Source: Dehalococcoidia bacterium
GTDB taxonomy: Bacteria; Chloroflexota; Dehalococcoidia; Lucifugimonadales; UBA1123
DNA: 64,000 bases
Direction of reading: 5' to 3'
NCBI GenBank assembly: GCA_963664365.1
Contig: OY761144.1
Span: 425,596-489,595, forward strand
This document shows positions 52,821-61,916 of this stretch, in pieces. Made by a program: the position numbers and the translations under genes. Position 1 is the stretch's first letter; the number at the start of each line of letters is the position of its first letter. The notes beneath the pieces were generated by a model that was not told where the DNA came from, did not search any database, and saw nothing but the letters and a program-made list of their open reading frames with translations.

Positions 52821-55602
52821 TGAGATCAAGATAAGCGTTGACGGTCAGGAGATACAGGCGCAGCCTGGGCAGATGATCATTCAGGCGGCCATGGACGCCG
52901 GACTGTACATACCCTATCTCTGCTACTACCCGGGCATGAAGCCGTTCGGCGCGTGTCGGATGTGCGTCGTGACCGCCGAAGCGCCCGGCCCGGACGGCAG
53001 TTATCGGGCTCTTCCCGGCTCTCCCGCCTCATGCACCACGCCCGTCTCGCCGGGAATGCGAGTGACCACCAACAGCTCGGAGCTCCAGGGACTGCGGCGC
53101 GGCATCATGGACATGCTCCTGTCGGAGCATCCTCATGGCTGCCTCACCTGTCACCGCATAGAGTTGTGCGGCCCGGCCGACATCTGTCTGCGCCACGTCT
53201 CCGTCAACGACCGGTGCGTCACCTGCCCGAAGAACGAACGCTGCGAACTGAAGGACACCGTGCGGTATCTGGAAATGGAGATGGATACCCCGCTGACCTA
53301 CAACAACCGACACCTTCCCCTGTCGGTCCAAGACCCGTACTGGGACATGGACATGAACCTGTGCATCGTGTGCGCTCGATGCGTCAGGGTTTGCGACGAA
53401 GTGCGCGGGGACTCTGCTCTATCTCTCCAATTGCGTTCCGGAAAGAGCATCATCGGCACGTCGCAGGGAACGAGCCTGCTAGAATCGGGATGCGAGTTTT
53501 GCGGAGCCTGTATCGACGTCTGCCCCACGGGCGCTCTGGTTGAGCGAGACTACAAGTGGGACAAGGCGGTGGAGACGGTAAACACCATCTGTCCCCACTG
53601 TCCCGTCGGCTGCGAGATGAAGCTGGAAGTCAACAAGCGCAACCGGTTGATCAGGTCGATCCCCGAACGCCACGCCGCCGCCAATCGAGGCCAGGGATGC
53701 TTCAAGGGCAAATTCGGTATGGAGTTCGTAAACCGCCGGGATCGAATTTCCACGCCTTTGGCGCGCCGGGACGGCGAACTGAGTGAGTCCACTTGGCCCG
53801 ACGCGCTCGACCTGATAGCTGAGCGGCTGGATGGCTACAAAGACGGCCAGTACGCTCTGATCGCCTCCCCAAGGGCGACAAACGAGGACGCATACATCGC
53901 CCAGAAGTTCGCGCGCGCGGTCATGCGGACCAACAACGTCGATGTCGCGTCCAACACTCGCCCGGAGATGCTAAAGCCGCTGCGCGAACAGCTTGGCTCT
54001 TCAGCCGTCACCAACCCTATATGGGATCTCGAAGAGTCCAAGAGGTTCCTGATAGTCTCCTCCAACATGACCGAGGAGCAGAACGTGTTGGCTGTGCCGA
54101 TCAAGAAGGCGATTCGCCAGGGGACGGCCAAGGCCGTCGTCATAGACCAGCGCGAGACCGAGCTCGCCAGGCACGCGGAGATATGGCTTAGACCCAGGCC
54201 CGGCAGCGAGTCGGCGCTCATAGGCGGCCTCATACGCGCAATCTGGAACCAATCGCTCGACAACCACGAATTTCTCGCCGAGCACGTCGATAATGTCCAG
54301 GAGTTCAGGAACTCCATAATCCGGCAGTTCGACCTCGCCATGGTGGAGCGGATTACGGGAATAAGCCAGTCCGACATTCAAGCGGCGGCCAGCGCTTTCG
54401 CCGAACAGCGGCCCGGCGCGATCTTGTACGGACTTGAGACGGTACATCCCGACATTCGCGAGGAGTGCTCCCGCGCGCTCGTGAACCTCGCTATCGTTAC
54501 CGGAAACATCGGTGAAAGGTCTTCGGGCCTCTACCCGCTGTTCACGGGGGCAAACGAACAGGGCGCGCGAGACGCGGGATGCGTCCCGGACATCCTCCCC
54601 GGGCACGCGGGGTTGGACGATCAGAGGAGCCGTCAACGCTTCTCCAGGGCGTGGAAAGTCGAAATACCGGAGTCGCCCGGAATAGGAATCATGCAACTGG
54701 GGGACGCCGTCAAGTCCGGCCTGATCAAAGCGGTCCACCTGGTGGGGAACAGCCCCGGATATGCCGATGGCGAGCTTGTCTCCGCCCTGAAGCAGGCTGA
54801 GTTTGTCATCGCCCACGCGAATTTCCACAGCGAGATCACCGAAATAGCCGACGTGGTTCTGCCCGCGCTCACATTCGCCGAACGCAAGGGGACATATACC
54901 AACCTCGAAAGGCGAGTGCAGATTCTCAGGCCCGCTTTGGGCCCTAAGGGAGACGGGGACGCGGACTGGCGCATACTCGCACAGATCGCCCGCCGAATGG
55001 ACGCCGACGGCTTCGACCATTCAGACGAAGAGTCCGTATTCGACGAACTGAACAACCTCGCGACGATCTATGGCGGCATTACCTACGGCAGACTCGCCGA
55101 TGCCGGTATGCAGTGGCCCTGTCTCGCGGCGGACATGCTCGACACACCAATCCTGTACGAGAACACTCTGGACACCGACAGGCCAAAGCTGGCTGCCATG
55201 ACGCTCCAAGAGGCCCCTGTCCATCAGGACGAGGACTTCCCGATGCTCTTGGCTCACGGGAGGGCGCTTCACCAGCCGGACGCGGAGATGGAAATCATCC
55301 AGATCGACGGACGAAACGCCATACGGCGAGAGGAATCATTGCAGGTCCACCCCGACGACGCCGCCGACCTCGGCATCGAGCAGGGCGACTGGGTTGTGGC
55401 GGAGTCCAATCGGGGACGGCTCGCCGGCGTCGCGGACCTGTCCGGCCCCCAGCGAGGACTCGTTTCAATTACGACGCTGTTCGGCGACCTCGTCACCGGC
55501 CTAGCCCAGAGTCCCGAGCCTGACCCGATGATGAACGTTCCAACGCTCCCATTGATTCCGGTGCGTCTGCTGAAGCCGGTCGCTGAAATTGCCGCAGACT
55601 GA
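52813..55602 (+). CDS. FdhA/NuoG-like molybdopterin-oxidoreductase-fold subunit lacking the catalytic Cys/Sec-His
   Basis: N-terminal 2Fe-2S (CYYPGMKPFGACRMC), HPHGCLTC, 2x[4Fe-4S] ferredoxin motifs (CIVCARCVRVC; CEFCGACIDVCP) and CPHCPVGC. The region aligned to NNVD-CxRxC/U-H reads NNVDVASNTRPEM. Confidence 0.75.
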   Translation: MADEIKISVDGQEIQAQPGQMIIQAAMDAGLYIPYLCYYPGMKPFGACRMCVVTAEAPGPDGSYRALPGSPASCTTPVSPGMRVTTNSSELQGLRRGIMDMLLSEHPHGCLTCHRIELCGPADICLRHVSVNDRCVTCPKNERCELKDTVRYLEMEMDTPLTYNNRHLPLSVQDPYWDMDMNLCIVCARCVRVCDEVRGDSALSLQLRSGKSIIGTSQGTSLLESGCEFCGACIDVCPTGALVERDYKWDKAVETVNTICPHCPVGCEMKLEVNKRNRLIRSIPERHAAANRGQGCFKGKFGMEFVNRRDRISTPLARRDGELSESTWPDALDLIAERLDGYKDGQYALIASPRATNEDAYIAQKFARAVMRTNNVDVASNTRPEMLKPLREQLGSSAVTNPIWDLEESKRFLIVSSNMTEEQNVLAVPIKKAIRQGTAKAVVIDQRETELARHAEIWLRPRPGSESALIGGLIRAIWNQSLDNHEFLAEHVDNVQEFRNSIIRQFDLAMVERITGISQSDIQAAASAFAEQRPGAILYGLETVHPDIREECSRALVNLAIVTGNIGERSSGLYPLFTGANEQGARDAGCVPDILPGHAGLDDQRSRQRFSRAWKVEIPESPGIGIMQLGDAVKSGLIKAVHLVGNSPGYADGELVSALKQAEFVIAHANFHSEITEIADVVLPALTFAERKGTYTNLERRVQILRPALGPKGDGDADWRILAQIARRMDADGFDHSDEESVFDELNNLATIYGGITYGRLADAGMQWPCLAADMLDTPILYENTLDTDRPKLAAMTLQEAPVHQDEDFPMLLAHGRALHQPDAEMEIIQIDGRNAIRREESLQVHPDDAADLGIEQGDWVVAESNRGRLAGVADLSGPQRGLVSITTLFGDLVTGLAQSPEPDPMMNVPTLPLIPVRLLKPVAEIAAD

Positions 55603-55621
55603 GAAAAGGAGAAACTCAGAC

Positions 55622-56374
55622 TTGACAACTGCCCGAAGACGAATCCGACGGCCCAAGCTGGCCCAATCCACCATTAGACGACGAGTGGACTTCACCCACG
55701 ACCTCTGGACCGTCTGGCTGGACAAGCCAGAAGGGTTCTCATTCAAGCCCGGACAGTACTGCACCATCGGCTCACAGGGAATCGAGCGGGCGTACTCCAT
55801 AGTGTCCGCTCCCTACGAAGATGATCTGGAGTTGTTCGTAGAGCTTGTGCCCCCTCCCGATGGAAACCTAACCCCTCTGCTCCACGATATGAAGGAGGGC
55901 GATACGGTCACCATCCGGCCTCGGGCCAAAGGCATCTTCACCTTCGATCCTAAGCTCCCCAACCAACTCTTCGTGGCTACCGTTACGGGAGTGGTGCCTT
56001 ACCTCAGCATCATCAGGCAGTATCTTCACGACCGCCAATCTGGACATCACTTCTACATCCTCATGGGCGCGAGCTACCAGGACGAATTCGGGTATGACGA
56101 CGAGCTGCAGAAGCTCGCGTCGGACCACTCCGACTTCATCACCTTCGTCCCGACGATCAGCCGTCCCGACGAAGAGCCGAACGCAGGCTGGGACGGGGAA
56201 ACGGGCAGAGTCAACGCGATTGTGCAGAAGTACGTCTCGAAATGGAGCCTGATTCCCGAAGATACGATCATCTACGCATGCGGCCACCCCGGCATGATCG
56301 AGGACGTGAAAGACCAGATGATTCCAAAGGGCTACGAGGTCAAGGAAGAACGCTTCTGGAAGGAAGACGACTAG
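55622..56374 (+). CDS. fpr: Ferredoxin/flavodoxin--NADP+ reductase (Fpr-like)
   Basis: TTG at 55622 after AAAGGAG. RAYSIVSAP (RxYS FAD motif), ATVTGVVPYLSI, ACGHPGMI. About 250 aa, colinear with E. coli Fpr as recalled. Confidence 0.75.
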   Translation: MTTARRRIRRPKLAQSTIRRRVDFTHDLWTVWLDKPEGFSFKPGQYCTIGSQGIERAYSIVSAPYEDDLELFVELVPPPDGNLTPLLHDMKEGDTVTIRPRAKGIFTFDPKLPNQLFVATVTGVVPYLSIIRQYLHDRQSGHHFYILMGASYQDEFGYDDELQKLASDHSDFITFVPTISRPDEEPNAGWDGETGRVNAIVQKYVSKWSLIPEDTIIYACGHPGMIEDVKDQMIPKGYEVKEERFWKEDD

Positions 56375-56556
56375 TACCGGTTCCAGATGTATTTGTCTTT
56401 CTCAGACTGACCTCAGTTCTGGATTCCGGCCTTCGCCGGAATGACGGAGAATGTAGTTGGTGTCCGTCAAAACTACGTTGAAGCGGTACTAGCCCCTTCC
56501 TCCTCGCTTTCCGAGCGCCGCCTCGGCGGGTACAATGGAGCCGGAGCAGACACTCG

Positions 56557-59148
56557 ATGACCACTCCGGCCCGCAGACAGTATCTCCGCATGAAAGGCGA
56601 GCGCCCCGACGCCATTCTGCTCTTTCGCATGGGCGACTTCTACGAGACCTTCGACGACGACGCTCGCATCGTGTCCAGGGAGTTGGAGATCGCGCTCACC
56701 TCCAGGGAGTTCGGGGCCGGAAAGCGAGTCCCACTGGCGGGCATCCCGTATCACGCGCTCGAACCCTACCTCGCGCGGCTCATCGCCAAGGGGTACAGGG
56801 TCGCCATAGGAGAGCAGACCTCAGACCCCGCGAAATCCAGAGGACTAGTCGATCGGGAGGTTGTCCGCGTGGTGACGCCCGGCACGGTGGTCGAGGAGTC
56901 GCTGCTCGAGGGCGACGCGAACAACTATCTCGCCGCAGCCCTCGTGGACGGCGAGTACGCCGGCCTGGCCTACGTGGACATCACCACCAGCGAGTACGCG
57001 ACCGCACAACTCCCGGCGTCCGAACTCCCTGTCGAGCTCGCGCGGCTCCGGCCCGCCGAGCTTCTGACAGCCGAGGACTCGGCCCCAATCGAGGCGGGAG
57101 ACTCCGCATCCATAACGACCCTAGAAACTGAGTCTTTCGACTTGGACTGGGCAACCGAGTCTCTCCTGCGCCATCTGAAGGTTGCGAGCCTCGAACCGTT
57201 CGGGTGCGACCGGCTGCCCCTGGCGATTAGGGCGGCCGGCGCGATCTTGGACTACCTCTCCCAGACGCAGCGGGCGGCGGCGCGACAGCTTACCACTCTG
57301 TACACCTACCACCCGGACCGCTACATGGCGCTGGACCCGCAGACGCGCCAGAATCTTGAGTTGTTCGAGGGCGGCCGATGGCGCGATGCGTCCGCCTCGC
57401 TGTTCTCAGTCTTGGACAGCACGAGGACTCCCATGGGAGGGCGGCTGCTGAGGACGTGGGTTGGACATCCCCTCCTGGACCCGGAAGACCTCAACAGACG
57501 ACTCGACGCGGTCTCATGGTTTCACCGCAGCGCCATTCGCAGGGATCGGGTGGTTGCGCTGCTGAACTCGGTCGCCGACATCCAGAGACTGCTGAACCGG
57601 ATCAGGGGATTCGGCGCGACGCCGCGCGACCTCGTATCGCTGGCGGCAAGCCTCGAAGTGTCACCCCACATCAAGGAGATACTGTCCGAGGATGAAGACG
57701 CGGACGCCGTAAGGTGGCTGGCAGACGGGATACGAGACACGTCTGAAGTCGTATCCCTTCTGCGCTCCGCGATGACAGACGATCCGCCCCTCACGGTCGG
57801 CGACGGCAGGGTAATCAGGAAGGGATTCTCAAAAGATCTCGACGATATCCGCGACGCCACACACAGCGCCCAGCAGTACATCGCCAAGTTGGAGTCGCGG
57901 GAGCGAGAGCGCACCGGCATCAAATCGCTCAAGGTCGGATACAACAAGGTCTTCGGCTACTACATCGAAATCAGCAACGCCAACCTCAAGATGGCGCCGG
58001 ACGACTACGTCCGACGGCAGACGCTCGTCGGCGGAGAGCGGTTCATCACGCCGGAGATGAAAGAGTACGAATCGCGCATCCTCACGGCCCAAGACCGCCT
58101 GGCCGAGTTGGAGGCCGAGCTATTCCGCCAGGTGTGCGGGCAGGTTGCCGCTCATGCCGACGCCATAGCAGCCAGCGCGGAAGCTCTGGCGCGGGTGGAC
58201 GTGTTCCGCTCGCTCGCCGAAGTCGCGTCCCGCAACGGATACGCGCGCCCAGACTTGAACGAGTCCGACGTCATCGACATCCGACAGGGGAGGCATCCGG
58301 TCGTCGAGCGCTCGCTCGACCCGGGCGGATTCGTCCCCAACGACACGGAGCTTTCCTGCGAAGCAGGGCAACTTGCGATCATAACCGGCCCGAACATGGC
58401 CGGAAAGTCCACGTACATCCGGCAGGTGGCGGTCATCGTCCTCATGGCGCAGATCGGCAGTTTCGTACCGGCTGAGTCGGCCTCGATCGGGGTGGTGGAC
58501 AGGATATTCAGCCGCGTCGGACTCCAAGACGACCTCGCTCTGGGCCAGTCAACGTTCATGGTCGAGATGATCGAGACGGCCTCCATCCTGAACCACGCCA
58601 CTTCGCGCTCCCTGATCATCCTCGATGAGATCGGACGCGGCACCAGCACCTTCGACGGCTTGGCGATCGCGCGCGCGGTCGCAGAGTATATCCACAATCA
58701 CCCCAGGTTGGGATGCAAGACCCTATTCGCGACCCACTACCACGAGTTGACCCGGCTGGCGGACAGCCTTCCCAATGTCAGGAACCTCAACGTCGCGGTC
58801 TCGGAAGAGAACGGGAACGTCGCTTTTCTCAGGCGCATCGTTCCGGGCGGCGCCGACAAGAGCTACGGGATACACGTGGCGCAGCTTGCGGGTATGCCCA
58901 ACGCCGTCGTAAACCGCGCTTGGGAAGTCCTCAGGACTCTTGAGGTCCCCGACTCGAACGATTCAAGGGGCGCCAAGAAAGGGGCGCGCCGCGCAGGCTC
59001 GGCGCATCCGGCCCAGTTGGCCCTGATTCCTACGTCGTCTCCGGCCCTGGACGAACTCAAGGAGCTAGACATATCGTCTATGACCCCCATCGAGGCCATC
59101 AACAAGCTCTACGAGCTCCAGGAGCGCGCCAATGAGAGCCGGCCGTAA
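56557..59148 (+). CDS. mutS: DNA mismatch repair protein MutS
   Basis: TPARRQYLRMKGERPDAILLFRMGDFYETF, Walker A ITGPNMAGKST, DEIGRGTSTFDG. 863 aa. Confidence 0.9.
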   Translation: MTTPARRQYLRMKGERPDAILLFRMGDFYETFDDDARIVSRELEIALTSREFGAGKRVPLAGIPYHALEPYLARLIAKGYRVAIGEQTSDPAKSRGLVDREVVRVVTPGTVVEESLLEGDANNYLAAALVDGEYAGLAYVDITTSEYATAQLPASELPVELARLRPAELLTAEDSAPIEAGDSASITTLETESFDLDWATESLLRHLKVASLEPFGCDRLPLAIRAAGAILDYLSQTQRAAARQLTTLYTYHPDRYMALDPQTRQNLELFEGGRWRDASASLFSVLDSTRTPMGGRLLRTWVGHPLLDPEDLNRRLDAVSWFHRSAIRRDRVVALLNSVADIQRLLNRIRGFGATPRDLVSLAASLEVSPHIKEILSEDEDADAVRWLADGIRDTSEVVSLLRSAMTDDPPLTVGDGRVIRKGFSKDLDDIRDATHSAQQYIAKLESRERERTGIKSLKVGYNKVFGYYIEISNANLKMAPDDYVRRQTLVGGERFITPEMKEYESRILTAQDRLAELEAELFRQVCGQVAAHADAIAASAEALARVDVFRSLAEVASRNGYARPDLNESDVIDIRQGRHPVVERSLDPGGFVPNDTELSCEAGQLAIITGPNMAGKSTYIRQVAVIVLMAQIGSFVPAESASIGVVDRIFSRVGLQDDLALGQSTFMVEMIETASILNHATSRSLIILDEIGRGTSTFDGLAIARAVAEYIHNHPRLGCKTLFATHYHELTRLADSLPNVRNLNVAVSEENGNVAFLRRIVPGGADKSYGIHVAQLAGMPNAVVNRAWEVLRTLEVPDSNDSRGAKKGARRAGSAHPAQLALIPTSSPALDELKELDISSMTPIEAINKLYELQERANESRP

Positions 59149-59151
59149 TCG

Positions 59152-59814
59152 CTACTCCGGCTCCAAGATAGCCGGATCTAGCTCACGCCAGAACACCTCG
59201 CCGGATTCGATGACGCCCCTGATACATTCGTCCATTTTAATGCCGGCTACCGCCGCGTGAGAGCGCTGGCCCGTGAACCTGGTGAGGTACTTGGCGTTGC
59301 GGATTGCCCTGGTTGTGTCTCTCCCATCCACTGTGAAAGATATCTCCACCGCGACGTATCGGACCTCGCCGTCTCCGTCCACGGTCTCCATAATCAGGTC
59401 AGCCCTGCGGAAGCTCTTCAGGTTACCTGCTGAGATGTCCGCCGTATCTGAGGCGTCCGTCATATCCCACAAGTCCTCCGGGGTTAGCGCTTTGGTCCGC
59501 CGAAGGCCCATCTCCCTGGCAACGAGATAGGAGTCCTCGATGACTTCGCGTCTCGCGAACAGCCCTTTGAGATTTCCCACGTCGCCTTTGAGAATCCGCA
59601 TGTCGTCTTTGAGAATCCGCAAATCATCTTCGATTCTGTCGAACCGTCTGTTCGTCGCCTCTACGAACCGGCTCACTTCGGCCGAGAGTTCCGCGAACTT
59701 AGCGGGCAGTTCAAGCAGTTCCTTGGACAGCAGGCGGACTCGGAGGGCTTCGAGCCATTCCGGATTCTCGTCCAGAATCCTGATCAGGTCTTCTATGTTG
59801 TTGATAGTGGTCAT
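59152..59814 (-). CDS. Hypothetical protein: N-terminal coiled coil plus C-terminal PD-(D/E)XK-like segment
   Basis: Start MTTINNIEDL at 59814. Repeated DDLRILKDDMRILKGDVGNLKG. The C-terminal RRADLIMETVDGDGEVRYVAVEISF resembles a D...E.K-type nuclease core with Ser in place of Lys. Confidence 0.35.
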   Translation of the reverse strand: MTTINNIEDLIRILDENPEWLEALRVRLLSKELLELPAKFAELSAEVSRFVEATNRRFDRIEDDLRILKDDMRILKGDVGNLKGLFARREVIEDSYLVAREMGLRRTKALTPEDLWDMTDASDTADISAGNLKSFRRADLIMETVDGDGEVRYVAVEISFTVDGRDTTRAIRNAKYLTRFTGQRSHAAVAGIKMDECIRGVIESGEVFWRELDPAILEPE

Positions 59815-59903
59815 CGAAACATCACACTGCGCGCGCGGCGTCGATCCTTTCCACAGACAGTATAGCGCCACAGACACCGGCGATTAAGGGTCGCTGCCGG
59901 ATG

Positions 59904-59995
59904 GAGCCTGTGTCAGTTTGGTAGGCGTCGAATCTAACGCAATGGCGCAAGGACACAAAGGGGTATGGATTGCTCGATACCCAAGTCCGGCGGGC
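59904..59995. mobile_element. Truncated copy (left ~92 bp) of the 61423-61560 MITE
   Basis: About 90 percent identical by eye to 61423-61512, including the left TIR GAGCCTGTGTCAGTTTGGTAGG. It is followed by P1/P2 repeat modules instead of the right TIR. Confidence 0.55.
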
Positions 59996-60305
59996 GTTTC
60001 ACCCTCACCCTCAAGGGAGCTTAAAGGGGTAGGTATTCACCCTCACCCTAGCCCTCTCCCCAAGGGAGAGGGGGTATGTTGGTCCAAGGGAGAGGGTGTC
60101 TTCCGCCACACTGCCCACGCCCCTCTGGATTCCGGCCCCGTATCGGGTACGGGGCAGGCTCTTCGCCGGAATCACCATGGCCTTGTCAGGCCACATAAGG
60201 GTGATGAAAACTGCTCAGTACCTGATTCTCAACCCTCACCCTAACCCTCTCCCAGGCTTGGGAGAGGGGATTTTCATGGTAATGACGGTTGGATGGTGTT
60301 CGGGG

Positions 60306-61298
60306 CTAGGAGTCGTCTATGTGGTCCGGGGGGTGGAGGCGGAAGAGGCCGTTTTCGTCGAAGTAGGAGCGGTCGCCGAATAGGTCGATGTTTCTCATGC
60401 CGCGCATGGTCTCGAGTATCTCTTCTTCCGACTTGGAGAATTCATTGACCATGGTGTGGTACTCGCAGGGGTCGTCATCACCGAAACATTCCCCGCAGGG
60501 GCCGGCGTCTTCGCGGTCTCCGTATTCTCGCTCGAACTCCTCGCGCCCTTTCCGAAAGCTTTCAAGGTACTGGCGAGCGAAGTCGTCGGCCTCGATGATC
60601 TCTTCGAGGGAGAGGGTGGGGTCGATCTCGGCGGGGTGTTTGAGGGCCCAGTCGGCGTCGAATGCGGGGTCTTGGTTGTGGTCAGGAGGGGTTTCGAGGT
60701 CCGCGACCGCGCCGAGGACGCGGTCGAGTATCATCTGGCCGGCGGTGATGCGGTGGCAGGGCTTGACGGACGTGTCTTCGGGGTCGGGTTCGTGGATGTA
60801 GGCCAGGATGGAGGCGAGTTCGGCTCCGTAGTTGGTGATTTCGAGGATGTAGTATTGCGCCTCGTGGACGAGGTCGGGGACACGGTTGGGGTCGTGTGGC
60901 AGTTTGTTGGGGTTGTGAAGTCTGATGGGAGCCTGCGGCGGGCCGAGCGCGTCGTCGAGTTTCTCTTCGAGGCGGGCGACGGGCCGGTTGGATGCGGCGG
61001 CGTCTGAACTGTGATTCGTCTGATTTTGGGATTTCGCTGATTGTGGGGATTGGCTCGGTTCGGGAGATGGAGCGCAGTGCCGAATCTTGGCGACTTTGCC
61101 GAAGCCTCTGTCGTATAGGACCTTGGTCGCCCTGAGGCGGTCGTAGGTGTTGGCGTCTGGGTCTTTGCCTTTGGCGATTTCGAGCAGGTTGTCGAGGACG
61201 CGCTGAATGCCGCCGGTGGCATCCTGAAGATGCTGGGCGGCGTGTCCGGCGAAGACGGGGTTGATGGTGGCTGTATGTATTTCGGACTGCATGAACAT
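60306..61298 (-). CDS. TerS-like multi-copy family protein, divergent copy 3 (no TerL remnant)
   Basis: 330 aa. Shared modules: GGIQRVLDNLLEIAKG......YDRLRATKVLYDRGFGK and ITNYGAELASILAYI........CHRITAGQMILDRVLG. The linker is P3-repeat-derived. A CCCCTTGACA box lies upstream. Confidence 0.35.
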   Translation of the reverse strand: MFMQSEIHTATINPVFAGHAAQHLQDATGGIQRVLDNLLEIAKGKDPDANTYDRLRATKVLYDRGFGKVAKIRHCAPSPEPSQSPQSAKSQNQTNHSSDAAASNRPVARLEEKLDDALGPPQAPIRLHNPNKLPHDPNRVPDLVHEAQYYILEITNYGAELASILAYIHEPDPEDTSVKPCHRITAGQMILDRVLGAVADLETPPDHNQDPAFDADWALKHPAEIDPTLSLEEIIEADDFARQYLESFRKGREEFEREYGDREDAGPCGECFGDDDPCEYHTMVNEFSKSEEEILETMRGMRNIDLFGDRSYFDENGLFRLHPPDHIDDS

Positions 61299-61422
61299 TA
61301 GTTTAGAGCATAGGGTCTGAGGATGTCAAGGGGTGATTTTAGTGGATGGTGGATAGTGGGTAGTTTTTAGTTTTTAGAGGTGGAGGGCGTCCGGCGATTT
61401 GGTGGTGGATTTAGGTTGGGTA

Positions 61423-61560
61423 GAAGCTGTGTCAGATTTGTAGGCGTCGAATTTAACGCAATGGCGCAAGGACACAAAGGGGTATGGACTGCTCGATACT
61501 CAACTCCGGCGGGCGAGACGCCCTCGCTTCCAAGTGGGCCGATAAAACTGACACAGGTTC
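61423..61560. mobile_element. MITE-like element (138 bp) of the same TIR family
   Basis: Left TIR GAAGCTGTGTCAGATTTGTAGG. Reverse complement of the right end is GAACCTGTGTCAGTTTTATCGG. The flanks GTTGGGTA and TTCGGGTC match only partly, so the TSD is degenerate. Confidence 0.5.
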
Positions 61561-61614
61561 TTCGGGTCGATGGGTTCCTTGACTCGATTTTTCGCGTTGT
61601 GCTAACGTCATCTC

Positions 61615-61870
61615 ACACAGTTGAAAGGCAATGGCGAAGACGGGGAGTAGTAGGGGGTGACTCAGCCATAGAGAGCCGGGGATGGTGGAAACCCGGCGCG
61701 TCGAGTCTCCCGAACTCGCCCCCGAGCCTCCGGCCTGAAGCCTTGGCGGTTAGGGCCGGACGGGAACGCACCGTTATCGCGCAACGAGTGTCCGCATATC
61801 GCGGAAACTAGGGTGGTACCGCGGGTAATGATCAGGCCCGTCCCTTGCGAGGGACGGGCCGTTACTTTTT
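61615..61870 (+). promoter_or_regulatory. T-box riboswitch leader, Leu specifier (CUC)
   Basis: GGAGUAGUA...AGAGAG...GGUGGAAAC...GAA-CUC-G...AACUAGGGUGGUACCGCGGG (T-box, 61807-61826). Then the terminator GGCCCGTCCC-TTGCGA-GGGACGGGCC (61835-61860) plus GTTACTTTTT. A possible promoter is TTGACT (61579-61584)-18 nt-TAACGT. Confidence 0.8.
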
Positions 61871-61916
61871 ACGACGGCCCGCTTAGATAGTCTAGCGCTT
61901 CAAAAGGAAGGTCCAG

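Noticed and set aside
52813-55602. Possible selenocysteine (in-frame TGA) in the FdhA-like gene
   Set aside because: The ORF is uninterrupted, and the aligned active-site position carries neither TGA nor Cys.
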